NCBI GenBank assembly: GCA_965216565.1
Contig: OZ244170.1
Coordinates: 3,104,001 to 3,168,000 of the forward strand
Reading direction: 5' to 3'
Source of the DNA: Bythopirellula sp.
Lineage (GTDB): Bacteria; Planctomycetota; Planctomycetia; Pirellulales; Lacipirellulaceae
DNA length: 64,000 nucleotides
This document shows, one piece after another, positions 17,097 through 27,788 of the stretch. Position 1 is the stretch's first letter. Every line of letters starts with the position of its first letter. The notes below the pieces were generated by a model. The model was not told where the DNA came from, ran no database searches, and saw only the letters and a program-made list of their open reading frames with translations. A program made the translations under genes and the position numbers.

Positions 17097-19301
17097 ATGA
17101 GCCAAACTCAAACTCCGCCAGCCACTAACGAATCCGACTTCGAGAGTTGGACCGAGGTTACTCCCCAAGCATTGTATAGCAAGTGTATGACCCTTGCTCG
17201 AAATCTATGGTGGAGTTGGCATCCAGAGGTCGTCAACCTTTTTCGCGACTTAGACCCCGTTCGCTGGCGTCAGCTAGACCACAACCCTGTCGCCCTGCTG
17301 GGCGAGATGACGCCCGATCAGGTCTCGGAGCGTGCTTCGGAGATGGTACTCTACACGCGAATTAACCAGGCACATCGTCGATTGAAGGATTACTTGAAAA
17401 ACACGCAGACCACCTGGGGTGCGCGTAAGGCAGGTGTATTGGGATCGAAGCCGGTTGCCTACTTTTCTGCAGAATTCGGAATTCACGAGTCTGTACCAAT
17501 TTACTCTGGTGGTTTGGGAGTTCTTTCTGGCGACCATATCAAAAGCGCCAGCGGATTGGGTGTGCCACTAGTAGCGATTGGTCTGTTCTACGACCAAGGC
17601 TATTTCCGCCAGCGATTGGATACCGAAGGGTGGCAGCAAGAAGAGTATGTCGACACCAAAGTCGAAAATCTGGCCATGGAGCCCGCCCGCGACCCTGATG
17701 GCAAGCCAATCACCATCGAAATCGAGACCCGCGAAGGTTCTCTCAAGGCCAAGGTCTGGTTGATGCACGTGGGCCGCGTACCACTCTATTTGCTTGATTG
17801 CGACGTCGAAGGGAATCGTCCGGAAGACCGCGAGCTAACCTCGCGTCTGTATGGTGGAGATACCCGGACCCGTATTCGGCAAGAATTAGTCCTCGGCATC
17901 GGGGGCGTCAAAGCTTTGCGTGCCTTGAAAATCTACCCAGGTGTGTATCACCTGAACGAGGGGCACAGTGGCTTTGCACCTTTGGAGGTGATTCGCGAGA
18001 AGATGCAAGACGACGGCTTAACTTTCGAAGAAGCACTTCGGGAAGTCGCCAAATGCACCGTATTCACAACCCATACTCCAGTCCCTGCTGGCCACGATCG
18101 CTTCGATGGCAAACTTGTCGAAGAGCATCTAGGCCCCCTGCGGGAAAAGATCGGCATCTCCTACGACCAGCTTATGGGTTTAGGTCGGGTCGAACCTCAA
18201 AGCCAGGACGAAACCTTCTGCATGACCGTCATTGGGCTGAAACTGTCGCGTCGAGCCAACGCAGTGAGTTCGCTCCACGGACACGTTTCACGAAGAATGT
18301 GGGCTAATCTGTGGCCTTGGCGTGTGGAGGAAGAAGTACCAATTGGCCATATCACGAACGGAGTGCATGTCCCCACCTGGTTGGCCCATCCGATGCAGAT
18401 GCTGTATGACAAGTACCTGGGAATCGATTGGCAGCAGTATATGGGTAGCCCCAAGGTGTGGCAAAAAATCTACACCGTCGATCCCGGTGAATTGTGGGAA
18501 ACGCACAATGCGTTGAAGAGCCGACTATTGGAATTCGTCCGTCGTCGTTCGAGCCGTCAGTGCCGATTCCGCAACGAAGACGAGAATTCCGTACTGGCCG
18601 CGCGAAATGTCCTGGATCCCACAGCCCTGACGATTGGATTCGCACGCCGGTTTGCTACCTACAAACGAGCCAACCTGTTCCTAAAGGACCTCGATCGTTT
18701 TGCCATGCTCATGGAGGATTCGAATCGTCCGGTCCAGTTTATTTTCGCCGGGAAAGCACACCCAGCCGATGAGCCCGGCAAGAAGTTGATCCAAAGCATT
18801 GCCAACTTGCGACACGATCCGCGCTTTGCCGGCAAGATTGTCTTTATCGAAGATTACGACATGAACGTCGGTCGCCACCTTGTTCAGGGCGTGGACGTCT
18901 GGCTCAATAATCCCCGACGTCCTCTGGAAGCCTCTGGAACGAGCGGTCAGAAGGTGGTACTCAACGGTGGTTTGAACTGCTCCGTTCTCGACGGTTGGTG
19001 GGCCGAGGCTTACAACGGCATGAACGGTTTCGGTATTGGCAAGGGTTTCCAACATGCCGACGATACGATTGGCGACGCACGCGATGCCGACGATTTAATG
19101 GCGGTGCTCTCCGAGGAAGTCGTTCCACTGTTCTATGACCGCGACGCGGATGGGCTTCCCCGGCAGTGGATTCAACGCATGACCAATTCGATCGCCACCT
19201 TGGCAGCTCGATTTAGTGCCCATCGCATGGTGATGGACTATGTGGAGCACGGATATTTGGTAGCAGCCGGCGGACTAAGTTCCGACATGAGTGTCCGCTA
19301 A
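17097..19301 (+). CDS. glgP: Alpha-glucan (glycogen) phosphorylase
   Basis: YSGGLGVL, NEGH, FARRFATYKRA, EASGTSGQK PLP motif. Confidence 0.95.
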   Translation: MSQTQTPPATNESDFESWTEVTPQALYSKCMTLARNLWWSWHPEVVNLFRDLDPVRWRQLDHNPVALLGEMTPDQVSERASEMVLYTRINQAHRRLKDYLKNTQTTWGARKAGVLGSKPVAYFSAEFGIHESVPIYSGGLGVLSGDHIKSASGLGVPLVAIGLFYDQGYFRQRLDTEGWQQEEYVDTKVENLAMEPARDPDGKPITIEIETREGSLKAKVWLMHVGRVPLYLLDCDVEGNRPEDRELTSRLYGGDTRTRIRQELVLGIGGVKALRALKIYPGVYHLNEGHSGFAPLEVIREKMQDDGLTFEEALREVAKCTVFTTHTPVPAGHDRFDGKLVEEHLGPLREKIGISYDQLMGLGRVEPQSQDETFCMTVIGLKLSRRANAVSSLHGHVSRRMWANLWPWRVEEEVPIGHITNGVHVPTWLAHPMQMLYDKYLGIDWQQYMGSPKVWQKIYTVDPGELWETHNALKSRLLEFVRRRSSRQCRFRNEDENSVLAARNVLDPTALTIGFARRFATYKRANLFLKDLDRFAMLMEDSNRPVQFIFAGKAHPADEPGKKLIQSIANLRHDPRFAGKIVFIEDYDMNVGRHLVQGVDVWLNNPRRPLEASGTSGQKVVLNGGLNCSVLDGWWAEAYNGMNGFGIGKGFQHADDTIGDARDADDLMAVLSEEVVPLFYDRDADGLPRQWIQRMTNSIATLAARFSAHRMVMDYVEHGYLVAAGGLSSDMSVR

Positions 19302-19418
19302 TTGTTGGTCCGCCTACCGACGCATTGCGGAACAACCCGCTCCGCTTTGTAGCCGAGCGGTCGGGAACAGGTACAATATGCTGTATCTTGCCCCGCTGTA
19401 GTTCAAAGAAACAAACGC

Positions 19419-20513
19419 ATGTGCGCCGCTACAATTACCGCTCCCGATAACTCGGCACTCGATGAACTGTGCGCAGAATTAGCGCAACTATCGCGAGAGA
19501 CGGACATCTCGGGAGATTGGCCCTCGGAACAACTCCGGCTGTGCGGCGAGTACGGCGTCTACGAGTGGTTCCTCGAGCCTCAATGGGGTGGCCAGAACTG
19601 GGCGGAAGATGCCATTGTCGAAGGCTATCTGGCATTGAGTAGCGCCTGCCTGACGACGACCTTTATCATCACGCAGCGCACCGGCGCCTGTCGGCGGATT
19701 GCGGGTTCGGAAAAGGACTCACTCAAAGAACTACTGCTGCCCGACTTGGCAAGTGGCGATTCCTTCGCCACCGTTGGCATATCTCACCTAACCACCAGTC
19801 GACGGCATTTGGCAAAGCCAGTTCTGCGGGCTCGTTCCATCGACGGCGGTTATGTGCTCGACGGATTTTCTCCCTGGGTAACGGGGGCTCCTTATGCCGA
19901 GCACATTGTGACGGGCGCAGTCCTGATGGACGGTGAAACCGCCACCGAAGAGCAGTTGCTGGTAGTTTTGCCCACCGACTTACCCGGGGTGAGCGTCCCG
20001 CCCCCAGAGCAACTAGTCGGCGTCTCCGCCAGCCATACTGGCCGAGTAGAATTAAAGAACGTCGAGATCGAAGATCGCTGGGTCCTTGCAGGACCGATGC
20101 AAAACGTGATGTCTAGTGGGATAGGAGCAGGTACAGGTGGATACCAAACTTCTACTCTAGCGCTAGGCCTGGCGAGGTCGGCCATCGATTTCATGGACGG
20201 CGAGGCCAACAAGCGCACTGATCTGGAAGTTCCACTGGAAGCATTGCGGCAAGACTACGACACGCTCCGCGAAGAGCTGTTTGCCACAGTGGCTGGAAGC
20301 CCCACCTGCAGTAGCGAAGAGCTCAGAAAGCGGGCCAACAGTTTGGTGTTGCGAGCCACCCAGAGTTCACTAGCCACGGCCAAGGGAACCGGCTATGTAT
20401 TGGGGCACCCAGCCGGACGCTGGTGCCGCGAGGCGCTATTTTTTCTGGTGTGGAGTTGCCCGCAACCCGTGTTGTCTGCCAATCTATGCGAATTAGCAGG
20501 ATTGACGGAGTAA
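19419..20513 (+). CDS. Acyl-CoA dehydrogenase family protein
   Basis: GYVLDG.SPWVTG, C-terminal AKGTGY..GHPAGRW.REA. Confidence 0.8.
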   Translation: MCAATITAPDNSALDELCAELAQLSRETDISGDWPSEQLRLCGEYGVYEWFLEPQWGGQNWAEDAIVEGYLALSSACLTTTFIITQRTGACRRIAGSEKDSLKELLLPDLASGDSFATVGISHLTTSRRHLAKPVLRARSIDGGYVLDGFSPWVTGAPYAEHIVTGAVLMDGETATEEQLLVVLPTDLPGVSVPPPEQLVGVSASHTGRVELKNVEIEDRWVLAGPMQNVMSSGIGAGTGGYQTSTLALGLARSAIDFMDGEANKRTDLEVPLEALRQDYDTLREELFATVAGSPTCSSEELRKRANSLVLRATQSSLATAKGTGYVLGHPAGRWCREALFFLVWSCPQPVLSANLCELAGLTE

Positions 20514-20555
20514 GCCGTAAGAGCCAAGACCCTATTTCCGACTTAGCTAAATTGT

Positions 20556-21221
20556 ATGACTAAAGAAACAGACCCTATTGTCGTTTGGCACGAACAAGCC
20601 GTTTCCCGTCAAGATCGCGCCCAACTCAACGATCATCAAGGGTGCGTTGTTTGGTTTACTGGGTTAAGCGGCTGCGGCAAAAGCACCGTGGCTAATCTGG
20701 TTGATTACAAGCTCCACGAACAGAAAGTCCGCAGCTATGTTCTGGACGGAGACAATGTCCGGCATGGGCTGAACGCGACCCCTCAATTGCTTGCCGAGAA
20801 CTATGGCGAGGAATTTGCTAAGCGATTCGGCTTGGGTTTTTCCCAGCAAGATCGGGAAGAGAATATCCGGCGCGTGGGTGCCGTGGCCGGGCTACTTTCT
20901 GATGCGGGATTGGTAACCTTAACGGCTTTTGTCAGCCCCTACCGAGCCGATCGCGATGCAGTGAGGCATTCGCTGCCGGAGGGCGATTTCTTCGAAGTAT
21001 TCGTCAACGCATCTCTAGAGACATGCGAATCGCGGGATCCTAAGGGGCTCTACAAGAAGGCGCGGGCAGGCGAGATAGCAAACTTTACTGGTCTAGATGC
21101 GCCCTACGAAGCTCCACAGAATGCGGAGCTTGTATTAGATGCCGATCAGCTGACGCCCGACAAACTGGCGGAGCAAGTTATCGAGATGCTCAAAGCCCGT
21201 GGAAAACTTGCTGCCAATTGA
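20556..21221 (+). CDS. cysC: Adenylyl-sulfate kinase
   Basis: [38 protein letters not shown]. Confidence 0.95.
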   Translation: MTKETDPIVVWHEQAVSRQDRAQLNDHQGCVVWFTGLSGCGKSTVANLVDYKLHEQKVRSYVLDGDNVRHGLNATPQLLAENYGEEFAKRFGLGFSQQDREENIRRVGAVAGLLSDAGLVTLTAFVSPYRADRDAVRHSLPEGDFFEVFVNASLETCESRDPKGLYKKARAGEIANFTGLDAPYEAPQNAELVLDADQLTPDKLAEQVIEMLKARGKLAAN

Positions 21222-21721
21222 GAGTTGCAACTTCGATTTACCCATGGATGAACGTTCGGAGACACAGATCAATTGTTTCCGTCAATTGTCTCAGCTACGT
21301 AAGTGGCTGTCATTCAGAGGCCTGCCGAGGGATCTAGCGAGACTCTTCCTCTGATTCCGATTGATAATTCGGCTCACTTCCGTACATCTCAATCTGAAAT
21401 CGCAGCAGGATTCAGCCAATTCGGTTAACCGCAGTCATAGAACCAAGACTCTCATGCGACACCGCAGCTAGCGGTGCTACCTCTCGCGGAGGCATTCACT
21501 CCCCTCGCCAGATTGATGTGCATCAGTTCCTGTTGACGCTTACTCGAGAATCGGCGTAGATTGAGGTTTCGGCAAAGTTTCGCAGTTTCCACCTTAGGAA
21601 GAAAAGGTCGGAGAGGTTGATTGGCAACTGGGGCAGTTGCGGATGGGCTACGAAGATGAACTGGGCTCTAACTACCTTGCCGGTAGGCGAATCGTTCCCA
21701 AGATTCACAAGGAGGTTAGAA

Positions 21722-22018
21722 ATGATCGATACCGTACAAAGTGGTTCATACGGGATCTGGAACGAGCCAGACTTTAAAGAGTCTAGACAGGAAAGCCCCG
21801 AAGTCTGCATCAAATCCATTGCTCGGATTGCCTCTAGAATCGAAGCACGAATTCCCGGAAGAATCCGAGGGCTCTCTGTCTCCTCTTCTGGCAGAGCGAT
21901 CGTGCTTAGTGGCACCTGTCACACTTATTATTCCAAGCAAATGGCACAGCACACAGCCCGCGGGCTGATGGAGCACGACCGGTTGATCAATAAAATCCGC
22001 GTGCTGCCTCCCAAGTAA
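21722..22018 (+). CDS. Small BON-domain-like protein
   Basis: GGAGG RBS + ATG 21722; IVLSG...YYSKQMAQ...LINKIRV pattern. Confidence 0.75.
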   Translation: MIDTVQSGSYGIWNEPDFKESRQESPEVCIKSIARIASRIEARIPGRIRGLSVSSSGRAIVLSGTCHTYYSKQMAQHTARGLMEHDRLINKIRVLPPK

Positions 22019-22020
22019 CC

Positions 22021-23145
22021 TTAGCTAGTAGGATCTGCTGCGGGCTCGCTGGCCGAGGATGAAATTTTCTCTGCCAATTCTAATACCAGTTGTTGTAACT
22101 CTTGTTCGCCGGTGTGAAATTCGAGCTCCACATCTAGTGCCCACAGCGGCGTATTTCCGAAGCTCGCGACTTGTAGCTTTACCAAGTCTTTTCTTGTACA
22201 TACAGCGAAGTCGGCTTCCTGAGCCCAAGCCCCAAGCTGTTCGACCTCTTCGCGTGTGAACTGATGATGATCTGGAAACTCTCTCCAGGCGACTATCTCC
22301 ACATCCAGTGATTTCAGCGTGTGCTTGAAGCCAGCAGGGTTTCCGATGGCGCAAAACGCAGCTACCCGCTTGCCTGCTAGTGCCTGCAATTGCTCAACGT
22401 CGCCGCGACAATTTCTCAGAGTTCGGGGAGCGTGACTAACCTCGCACCAGACAGCCTGCTTGGCGAGTTTGTTGACCCGCTCTCGCACTGCATCTCGACT
22501 TTCCCTATTCAGCATGTCGGCGCGACTCAGCACGACAGCGTCTGCCCGGGCTAAACCGGCTAGCGGTTCGCGGAGTGTACCGCGTGGGAAAACGTGCCCG
22601 AACCCGAAGGGTTCCGTAGCGTCTAGGAGAACGATGTCTAGATCCCGGTGAAGTTGCCGATGCTGGAAACCATCGTCGAGCACGATCAGTTGCGTCTCAA
22701 GTTCTTCGATGGCAATCTGCGCAGCTTGGATGCGATCCGCATTTTGCAGGTGAGGAACGTCGGGCAACGCCAGTTCGAGTTCGAGCGCCTCATCGTTGCG
22801 GCCATTCTGGCCTGCGCCGTATCCACGGCTGACGATCGAAACTCGGATAACGTGCCGTCTTAGAAGACGACACACCCACTGGACCATCGGTGTCTTCCCG
22901 GTTCCACCGAGTGAGAGGTTGCCCACACAAATGACGGGCACCTCGACGGTGGTCGATTCCGCAACTCCCGAGTTGAAACGTCGATTTCGCCAGTTCATGG
23001 CCAAGGCATAGGGCCATTCGCATAACCTCAACCCTAGCCGGAGCATCGTCGGTACGAATCCATGGCTGCGGCCGCTGACGATGTCTCGAAATGTACTAGG
23101 GTTAATCAAGCGAAGTTCCGTCGTCGTAGAAACAGGGTTTACCAT
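22021..23145 (-). CDS. lpxK: Tetraacyldisaccharide 4'-kinase
   Basis: VGNLSLGGTGKTP, SRGYG, LDDGFQH, P.G.LREP, FPDHH, T.KD.VK. Confidence 0.95.
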   Translation of the reverse strand: MVNPVSTTTELRLINPSTFRDIVSGRSHGFVPTMLRLGLRLCEWPYALAMNWRNRRFNSGVAESTTVEVPVICVGNLSLGGTGKTPMVQWVCRLLRRHVIRVSIVSRGYGAGQNGRNDEALELELALPDVPHLQNADRIQAAQIAIEELETQLIVLDDGFQHRQLHRDLDIVLLDATEPFGFGHVFPRGTLREPLAGLARADAVVLSRADMLNRESRDAVRERVNKLAKQAVWCEVSHAPRTLRNCRGDVEQLQALAGKRVAAFCAIGNPAGFKHTLKSLDVEIVAWREFPDHHQFTREEVEQLGAWAQEADFAVCTRKDLVKLQVASFGNTPLWALDVELEFHTGEQELQQLVLELAEKISSSASEPAADPTS

Positions 23146-23324
23146 GCTGTGAGCGTAATTTTCAGGATATTACGCCCGACAACCAGTCCAGGTGGCACAT
23201 TTCCGGGAGTACGAGCGTCTTATTTTTTGGCAAACGCCCTTATAATAGAAAAGCGTCTGAGATTAACGCCGTTTTGCCCCCAGGGCTGAACTGTCCCCAC
23301 CACTGACTGAACCGACAATTCCCT

Positions 23325-26300
23325 ATGGCAAGTGCCACCGAAACCCCGCAGCAACCGACATCCGTCGGAAATCCTGAGCGGACCGAACAGCGATTCGTCG
23401 ACGAGCAGATTCGACGTACCCGTCGGGCGCTGAAAATGGTCGATTTGGTCGCTGGCTGCATCACCTTGGTAATTGGGGTGCTTAGCTATCTGCTGACGAT
23501 GGCCGTGCTGGAACATTGGGTAGTGCCGGGCGGACTAAATCCGACGACTCGCGCAATGTTGCTCATTGTGCTAGTCGCCGGCGTGCTGTGGTACAGTTGG
23601 CGATATTTCTGGCCCCTCATGAGCCGCCCTATTAATCCGGTTTACGCGGCCCACACCATCGAGCAAGGAAGCCCCACGCTAAAAAACAGTTTGCTCAATC
23701 TGCTGTTGCTGCGAAGTCGGCGTCGGCAAATCTCGCGACAAGTCTACGAAGCCATTGAAACTCAGGCGGCACAACGATTGTCGCAAGCTCCTCTCGACTC
23801 GGCGGTCGATCGCTCTTCTATCTTGCGATTAGGTTATGTGCTCGTGGCGGTAGTGGCACTTTGCTCGCTCTATCGAATACTGTCGCCCAAAGATCCGCTT
23901 GCCTCAGCAGGCAGATTACTCATGCCTTGGGCGAATATCCCTGTGCCCAGTCGCGTGCAGATTTTGGATGTCCAGCCCGGCGATACATCCGTGGCGCGTG
24001 GCGAACAACTCACGATCTCCGCAGAAGTGCTTGGCAAAGGCGAAGAGGAGCCGGTGCGGTTGTTCTACTCCCAAGCGGACGGACAGATTTCAAACCAAGA
24101 AGTTCTGATGACCGGCGATGAAGCTGGTTTGCGATTCACAGCACAAGTCCCTGGTCGGATTGCATTGGGGAGTAGCGGTGGGATTCAGGGCGACTTGGTC
24201 TATCACCTTGAGGCCGGTGACGCACGATCACCCGACTTTCACGTTTCCGTGTTCTCACAACCCACACTCGTTGTGGAGAGAATTCGCTACGAGTACCCGC
24301 TGTACACTCGCTACCCACCTCGCGAGGAAGCTTTTACCGGCGACATCAGTGGGCTCGAAGGAACGATTGTCACCTTGTACGCCGTGGCCAATCAGCCGAT
24401 TGACAAGGCGCATGTGGATTTCGAGGCCGATGGTCGACACGACATACTGATGAACTCCGAAGAGCTGAGTGCTTCGGTTCGGTTTCCCTTGGAATTCAAA
24501 GAGGACCGTCGCACCCCAAAACACAAATCCTATGTCTTGCGGTACACGACAGACGAAGGCCGAACGAATCCTTCTCCACCCAAGTACCGTATTCACGTGG
24601 AGCGCGATCTCTCCCCCGAAATTGAGCTGATTGAACCCACCGAAGAATTGCTCGACGTCGGTTTGCAGGAGGAAGTATCGATCGGAGTTGAAGCCCGCGA
24701 CCCTGACTTCGCACTGCACAATTTGGCTGTTTTGGGAGAAGTTGCCGGCGAACGTGTGATGAAGGAATCGCTGTTGTCGACCGACCACACGGGGCGCTTC
24801 TCAGGCAAGCTAAAAATCGTGCCCGAAGAACTAGGCCTCCGTGAAGGCGATGTCATGGAATATTGGGCAGCGGCAGCTGATAACCGTCGGCCCGAACCGA
24901 ATCTCGCTTTTTCCGCACATCAAAAAATCCGAATCGTTGGCCCCGGCAAGCGCGAAGGCCTGCCGGATAACGAGCAGGAAAACCAACCCGGGGATGGGCA
25001 AGCGGGTGATAGCGCCGGAGAGAACGGCGAACAAGGCGAAGGCCAAGAGGGTGAGGGCCAAGAAGGCCAGTCGGGAGCTGGCGGCAACCAACAACAAGAC
25101 GGCGAGAGCCAACAGCAAGGTGAAGGCGGCCAGGGTCAACAACAAAATGGTGAGTCGGGAGAAGGAGAACAGCAGAGTCAGGGGGGCCAGTCCGGCGAAG
25201 GAGAAGGCGAATCTCAGGGAGAGAGCGGTGGACAATCGGAAGGCGAGGGATCCTCCGAAAGTCAGCAAGGCGCTCAGAACGGCGAAAGCTCCGATTCCAG
25301 TCCAAGTGATTCTCAAGGGGAACCTTCCGCAGGCAACGAACGCGTTTCTCCCGACGGCGACAACGACGGCGAAGCGTTTGATCGTATTGCCAAGCATTTG
25401 CAAGAAAAACAGGAAGAGGGACAAAACGGCGAGGGTTCGGAGTCTGGCGACGGCCAGCAGCAGCAATCTGGAGATAGCCAAGGTTCGGAAGGTGAGCAGT
25501 CTGACGGAGAGCAAGCGGACGGTGAGCGCGCCGACGGCGGGCAAGAGAAACCGGAAGAAAATCAAAACTCCGCAGGAGCTGAGCAGAACGCTGCCGAGCA
25601 ACAAGGAGAAGAATCGCAAGACCAGACCGCCGCAGGCGAAGGTGATTCGGATCAACAAGGCGAATCCGAGGGTGAAGGCGGAACCGAACAACAGGAACAA
25701 TCCGAGGGCGAAGGTTCCCAAGGAGAACCCTCACCCCAAGAACAGTCGGGTAGTGGCCAGCAAGGCAGTGAACAAGAACAAGGCGGCAACGAGCAAGGTG
25801 ATTCACCCGCCGCAGAAATGTCCCAGGAACAAGGCGAAGCGGGCGGTGGCGACAATCCTGGCGAAAACGAAGGAACTCCCAATTCTGACGGAGCCCAAAA
25901 ACCGAGTGATAAGAATTCCGAGACGGGTGCCGAATCTCCTACCAACGATCAAGAGGCATCGGCCGAATCGCAAAGCAAAAAAGAATCTGACTCGGAAGGA
26001 AGCCAAGGGGGTGACCGATCGGGTGGGGGCCAAGAAGGCGCAGGACAACAAGCCGATGAAGAAGGCACCGGTGCCGCGGGCGAAAACCAATCTGCCGAGG
26101 ATGGCGCGGGCCAGTCCTCGGAAACTGGCGAGGGCGAAACTGGTGAGAAGCCCGGCGGAGAGCAAACTGCCGAAGGCGAAACGGGAGAGTCCAGTGGAGA
26201 TCAGCCAGGCGAAGGCAGCGAACAAGGTGATCAAGCAGGCGCTAAGCCTGGCGAAGGAGAAAGCGAAGGCACTCCGAAACCCGGGGAGAGTCCAAGCGAT

Positions 26301-26783
26301 CCTTCCGAATCGTCCGGCGGAACACCCGAGGGTGGCGGCACCGGCAGCAACGATTCCTCCCCACCCCCTGGCGGCGAACTCGAACCAGCCGACGAAGCCA
26401 ACCTCGACTACGCTCGCAAGCAAACCGACCTAGTGCTTGATACTCTGGAAGAACAGCTGCGCAAGAAGCAAGTCGACGAGGAACTCTTAGAAAAGCTTGG
26501 CTGGACGGCTGACGAGCTAAAGAGATTTGTCGATCGCTGGAAGAATCTGAAAGACCAAGCTGCCGGTGGTGGGCCCAATGCCCAGCAAGCCCAAGACGAA
26601 CTCGACACGGCCCTACGCAGTTTAGGGATCGACCCGAATCGTCGCAGCGGCTTCAATTCTCGCAACGCCAAGGACAAGCTTCGCGATTTGCGCGAGTCGT
26701 TCCGAGGCCGCACTCCTCTAGAGTATCAAGAGTTAATGCGCAAGTATGTCAAAGGGACTGCTGGAGCAGATGACGAGGAGTAA
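23325..26783 (+). CDS. Large membrane-anchored protein (DUF4175-like architecture) with a long acidic Gly/Gln/Glu/Ser linker
   Basis: N-terminal TM helices, beta-rich domains, low-complexity region, helical C-terminus ending EY..LMRKY. Confidence 0.8.
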   Translation: MASATETPQQPTSVGNPERTEQRFVDEQIRRTRRALKMVDLVAGCITLVIGVLSYLLTMAVLEHWVVPGGLNPTTRAMLLIVLVAGVLWYSWRYFWPLMSRPINPVYAAHTIEQGSPTLKNSLLNLLLLRSRRRQISRQVYEAIETQAAQRLSQAPLDSAVDRSSILRLGYVLVAVVALCSLYRILSPKDPLASAGRLLMPWANIPVPSRVQILDVQPGDTSVARGEQLTISAEVLGKGEEEPVRLFYSQADGQISNQEVLMTGDEAGLRFTAQVPGRIALGSSGGIQGDLVYHLEAGDARSPDFHVSVFSQPTLVVERIRYEYPLYTRYPPREEAFTGDISGLEGTIVTLYAVANQPIDKAHVDFEADGRHDILMNSEELSASVRFPLEFKEDRRTPKHKSYVLRYTTDEGRTNPSPPKYRIHVERDLSPEIELIEPTEELLDVGLQEEVSIGVEARDPDFALHNLAVLGEVAGERVMKESLLSTDHTGRFSGKLKIVPEELGLREGDVMEYWAAAADNRRPEPNLAFSAHQKIRIVGPGKREGLPDNEQENQPGDGQAGDSAGENGEQGEGQEGEGQEGQSGAGGNQQQDGESQQQGEGGQGQQQNGESGEGEQQSQGGQSGEGEGESQGESGGQSEGEGSSESQQGAQNGESSDSSPSDSQGEPSAGNERVSPDGDNDGEAFDRIAKHLQEKQEEGQNGEGSESGDGQQQQSGDSQGSEGEQSDGEQADGERADGGQEKPEENQNSAGAEQNAAEQQGEESQDQTAAGEGDSDQQGESEGEGGTEQQEQSEGEGSQGEPSPQEQSGSGQQGSEQEQGGNEQGDSPAAEMSQEQGEAGGGDNPGENEGTPNSDGAQKPSDKNSETGAESPTNDQEASAESQSKKESDSEGSQGGDRSGGGQEGAGQQADEEGTGAAGENQSAEDGAGQSSETGEGETGEKPGGEQTAEGETGESSGDQPGEGSEQGDQAGAKPGEGESEGTPKPGESPSDPSESSGGTPEGGGTGSNDSSPPPGGELEPADEANLDYARKQTDLVLDTLEEQLRKKQVDEELLEKLGWTADELKRFVDRWKNLKDQAAGGGPNAQQAQDELDTALRSLGIDPNRRSGFNSRNAKDKLRDLRESFRGRTPLEYQELMRKYVKGTAGADDEE

Positions 26784-26929
26784 TTTTCTTTGACCTCGGA
26801 ACGATGCAAATTGAACCACTAAAGCTTGAGTACCGAAGGACACGCTAAGTCCCATTTCCCCCTTTGTGGACCTTTTTCCAAAGGGCCTAGGTGGCCTCGG
26901 CACACTCGGCCAACAAGTCCGTGGGGTGA

Positions 26930-27517
26930 TCAATCATTTTCCAGCCGTCGTCCCCGCATTAGCATCATCACTCCCCCCAGACCAAGCAAGGCAAGCGAGG
27001 CAGGCTCGGGGACAATGCCGGTGACCGCTACGTTGTCGATCGCGACGCCGTCAGCGCCGACACTGATTGTTTGATCTTTCGTATAACGAAAACTAATGAC
27101 ATGAGTGCCCGGCGAGAGTGCTAGGGGTCCGACGCTACTAGTGCTCGTTCCAGAGTCAGCAAAAATCTCAGGGCCATCGAGGAAGAGCCGAAAAAAGTCG
27201 AAGGTGGGCTCGGACTCTAAACCGTAATCGAACGCAAAGGTACCGCCTAACGAACCGATCATCACGGTGAGATTGAGGACGGAGGTTTGGCCGTTTATGA
27301 GGTCCTGGCCCGATTCGTAATGGTCGCCAGTTAGCAGTCCACTGACACCAGGCGCCCAAGGCAGCGTACCACCGCCATCCGCCCACACAACCGTTGTGCC
27401 GTTGTCGGAACTGATAGTTCCCCCATCAAACGTTTCGAGGATATCCACGGCCGAGGCCAACGTCGCGAATGAGGCGCTAATCAACAAGGCAATCATTGTA
27501 GAAAAGGTCTGTTTCAT
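26930..27517 (-). CDS. Small PEP-CTERM protein
   Basis: AGGAG RBS; signal peptide; VPEPASLALLGLGG..RGRR. Confidence 0.9.
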   Translation of the reverse strand: MKQTFSTMIALLISASFATLASAVDILETFDGGTISSDNGTTVVWADGGGTLPWAPGVSGLLTGDHYESGQDLINGQTSVLNLTVMIGSLGGTFAFDYGLESEPTFDFFRLFLDGPEIFADSGTSTSSVGPLALSPGTHVISFRYTKDQTISVGADGVAIDNVAVTGIVPEPASLALLGLGGVMMLMRGRRLEND

Positions 27518-27788
27518 TAGTCACTTTCTCCCTAGAAGAGTCCAAATTTGTAATGCACTTGGAACAGTCGCAAGACTTGCCCTATAAGTCTTAAGATCGT
27601 CAGCCCAAGGACGAGGCAAGCTTGAGAAATCAATCGCCATCACCAACCTGGCACAGGCATTCAACTCCTGCTGGATTCTAGCAGAGTATTCAAGCGGTTA
27701 CCAAGATTCGCTCTAAGTGCCATGTCAGATAGCAAGTTAGCCAATCTGCCGTCTAGTCAGGGCACGGAGAATCGGCGAAAATAGCCGC

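Noticed and set aside
21240..21720. Long intergenic region with small hairpins and ORF 21523..21915(-)
   Set aside because: No coherent RNA fold or protein motif; the ORF overlaps the BON-like gene on the opposite strand.
24831..26433. Long alternative-frame and antisense ORFs (530, 317, 296 and 206 aa)
   Set aside because: Shadows of the low-complexity G/E/Q-rich coding region; no motifs or RBS.
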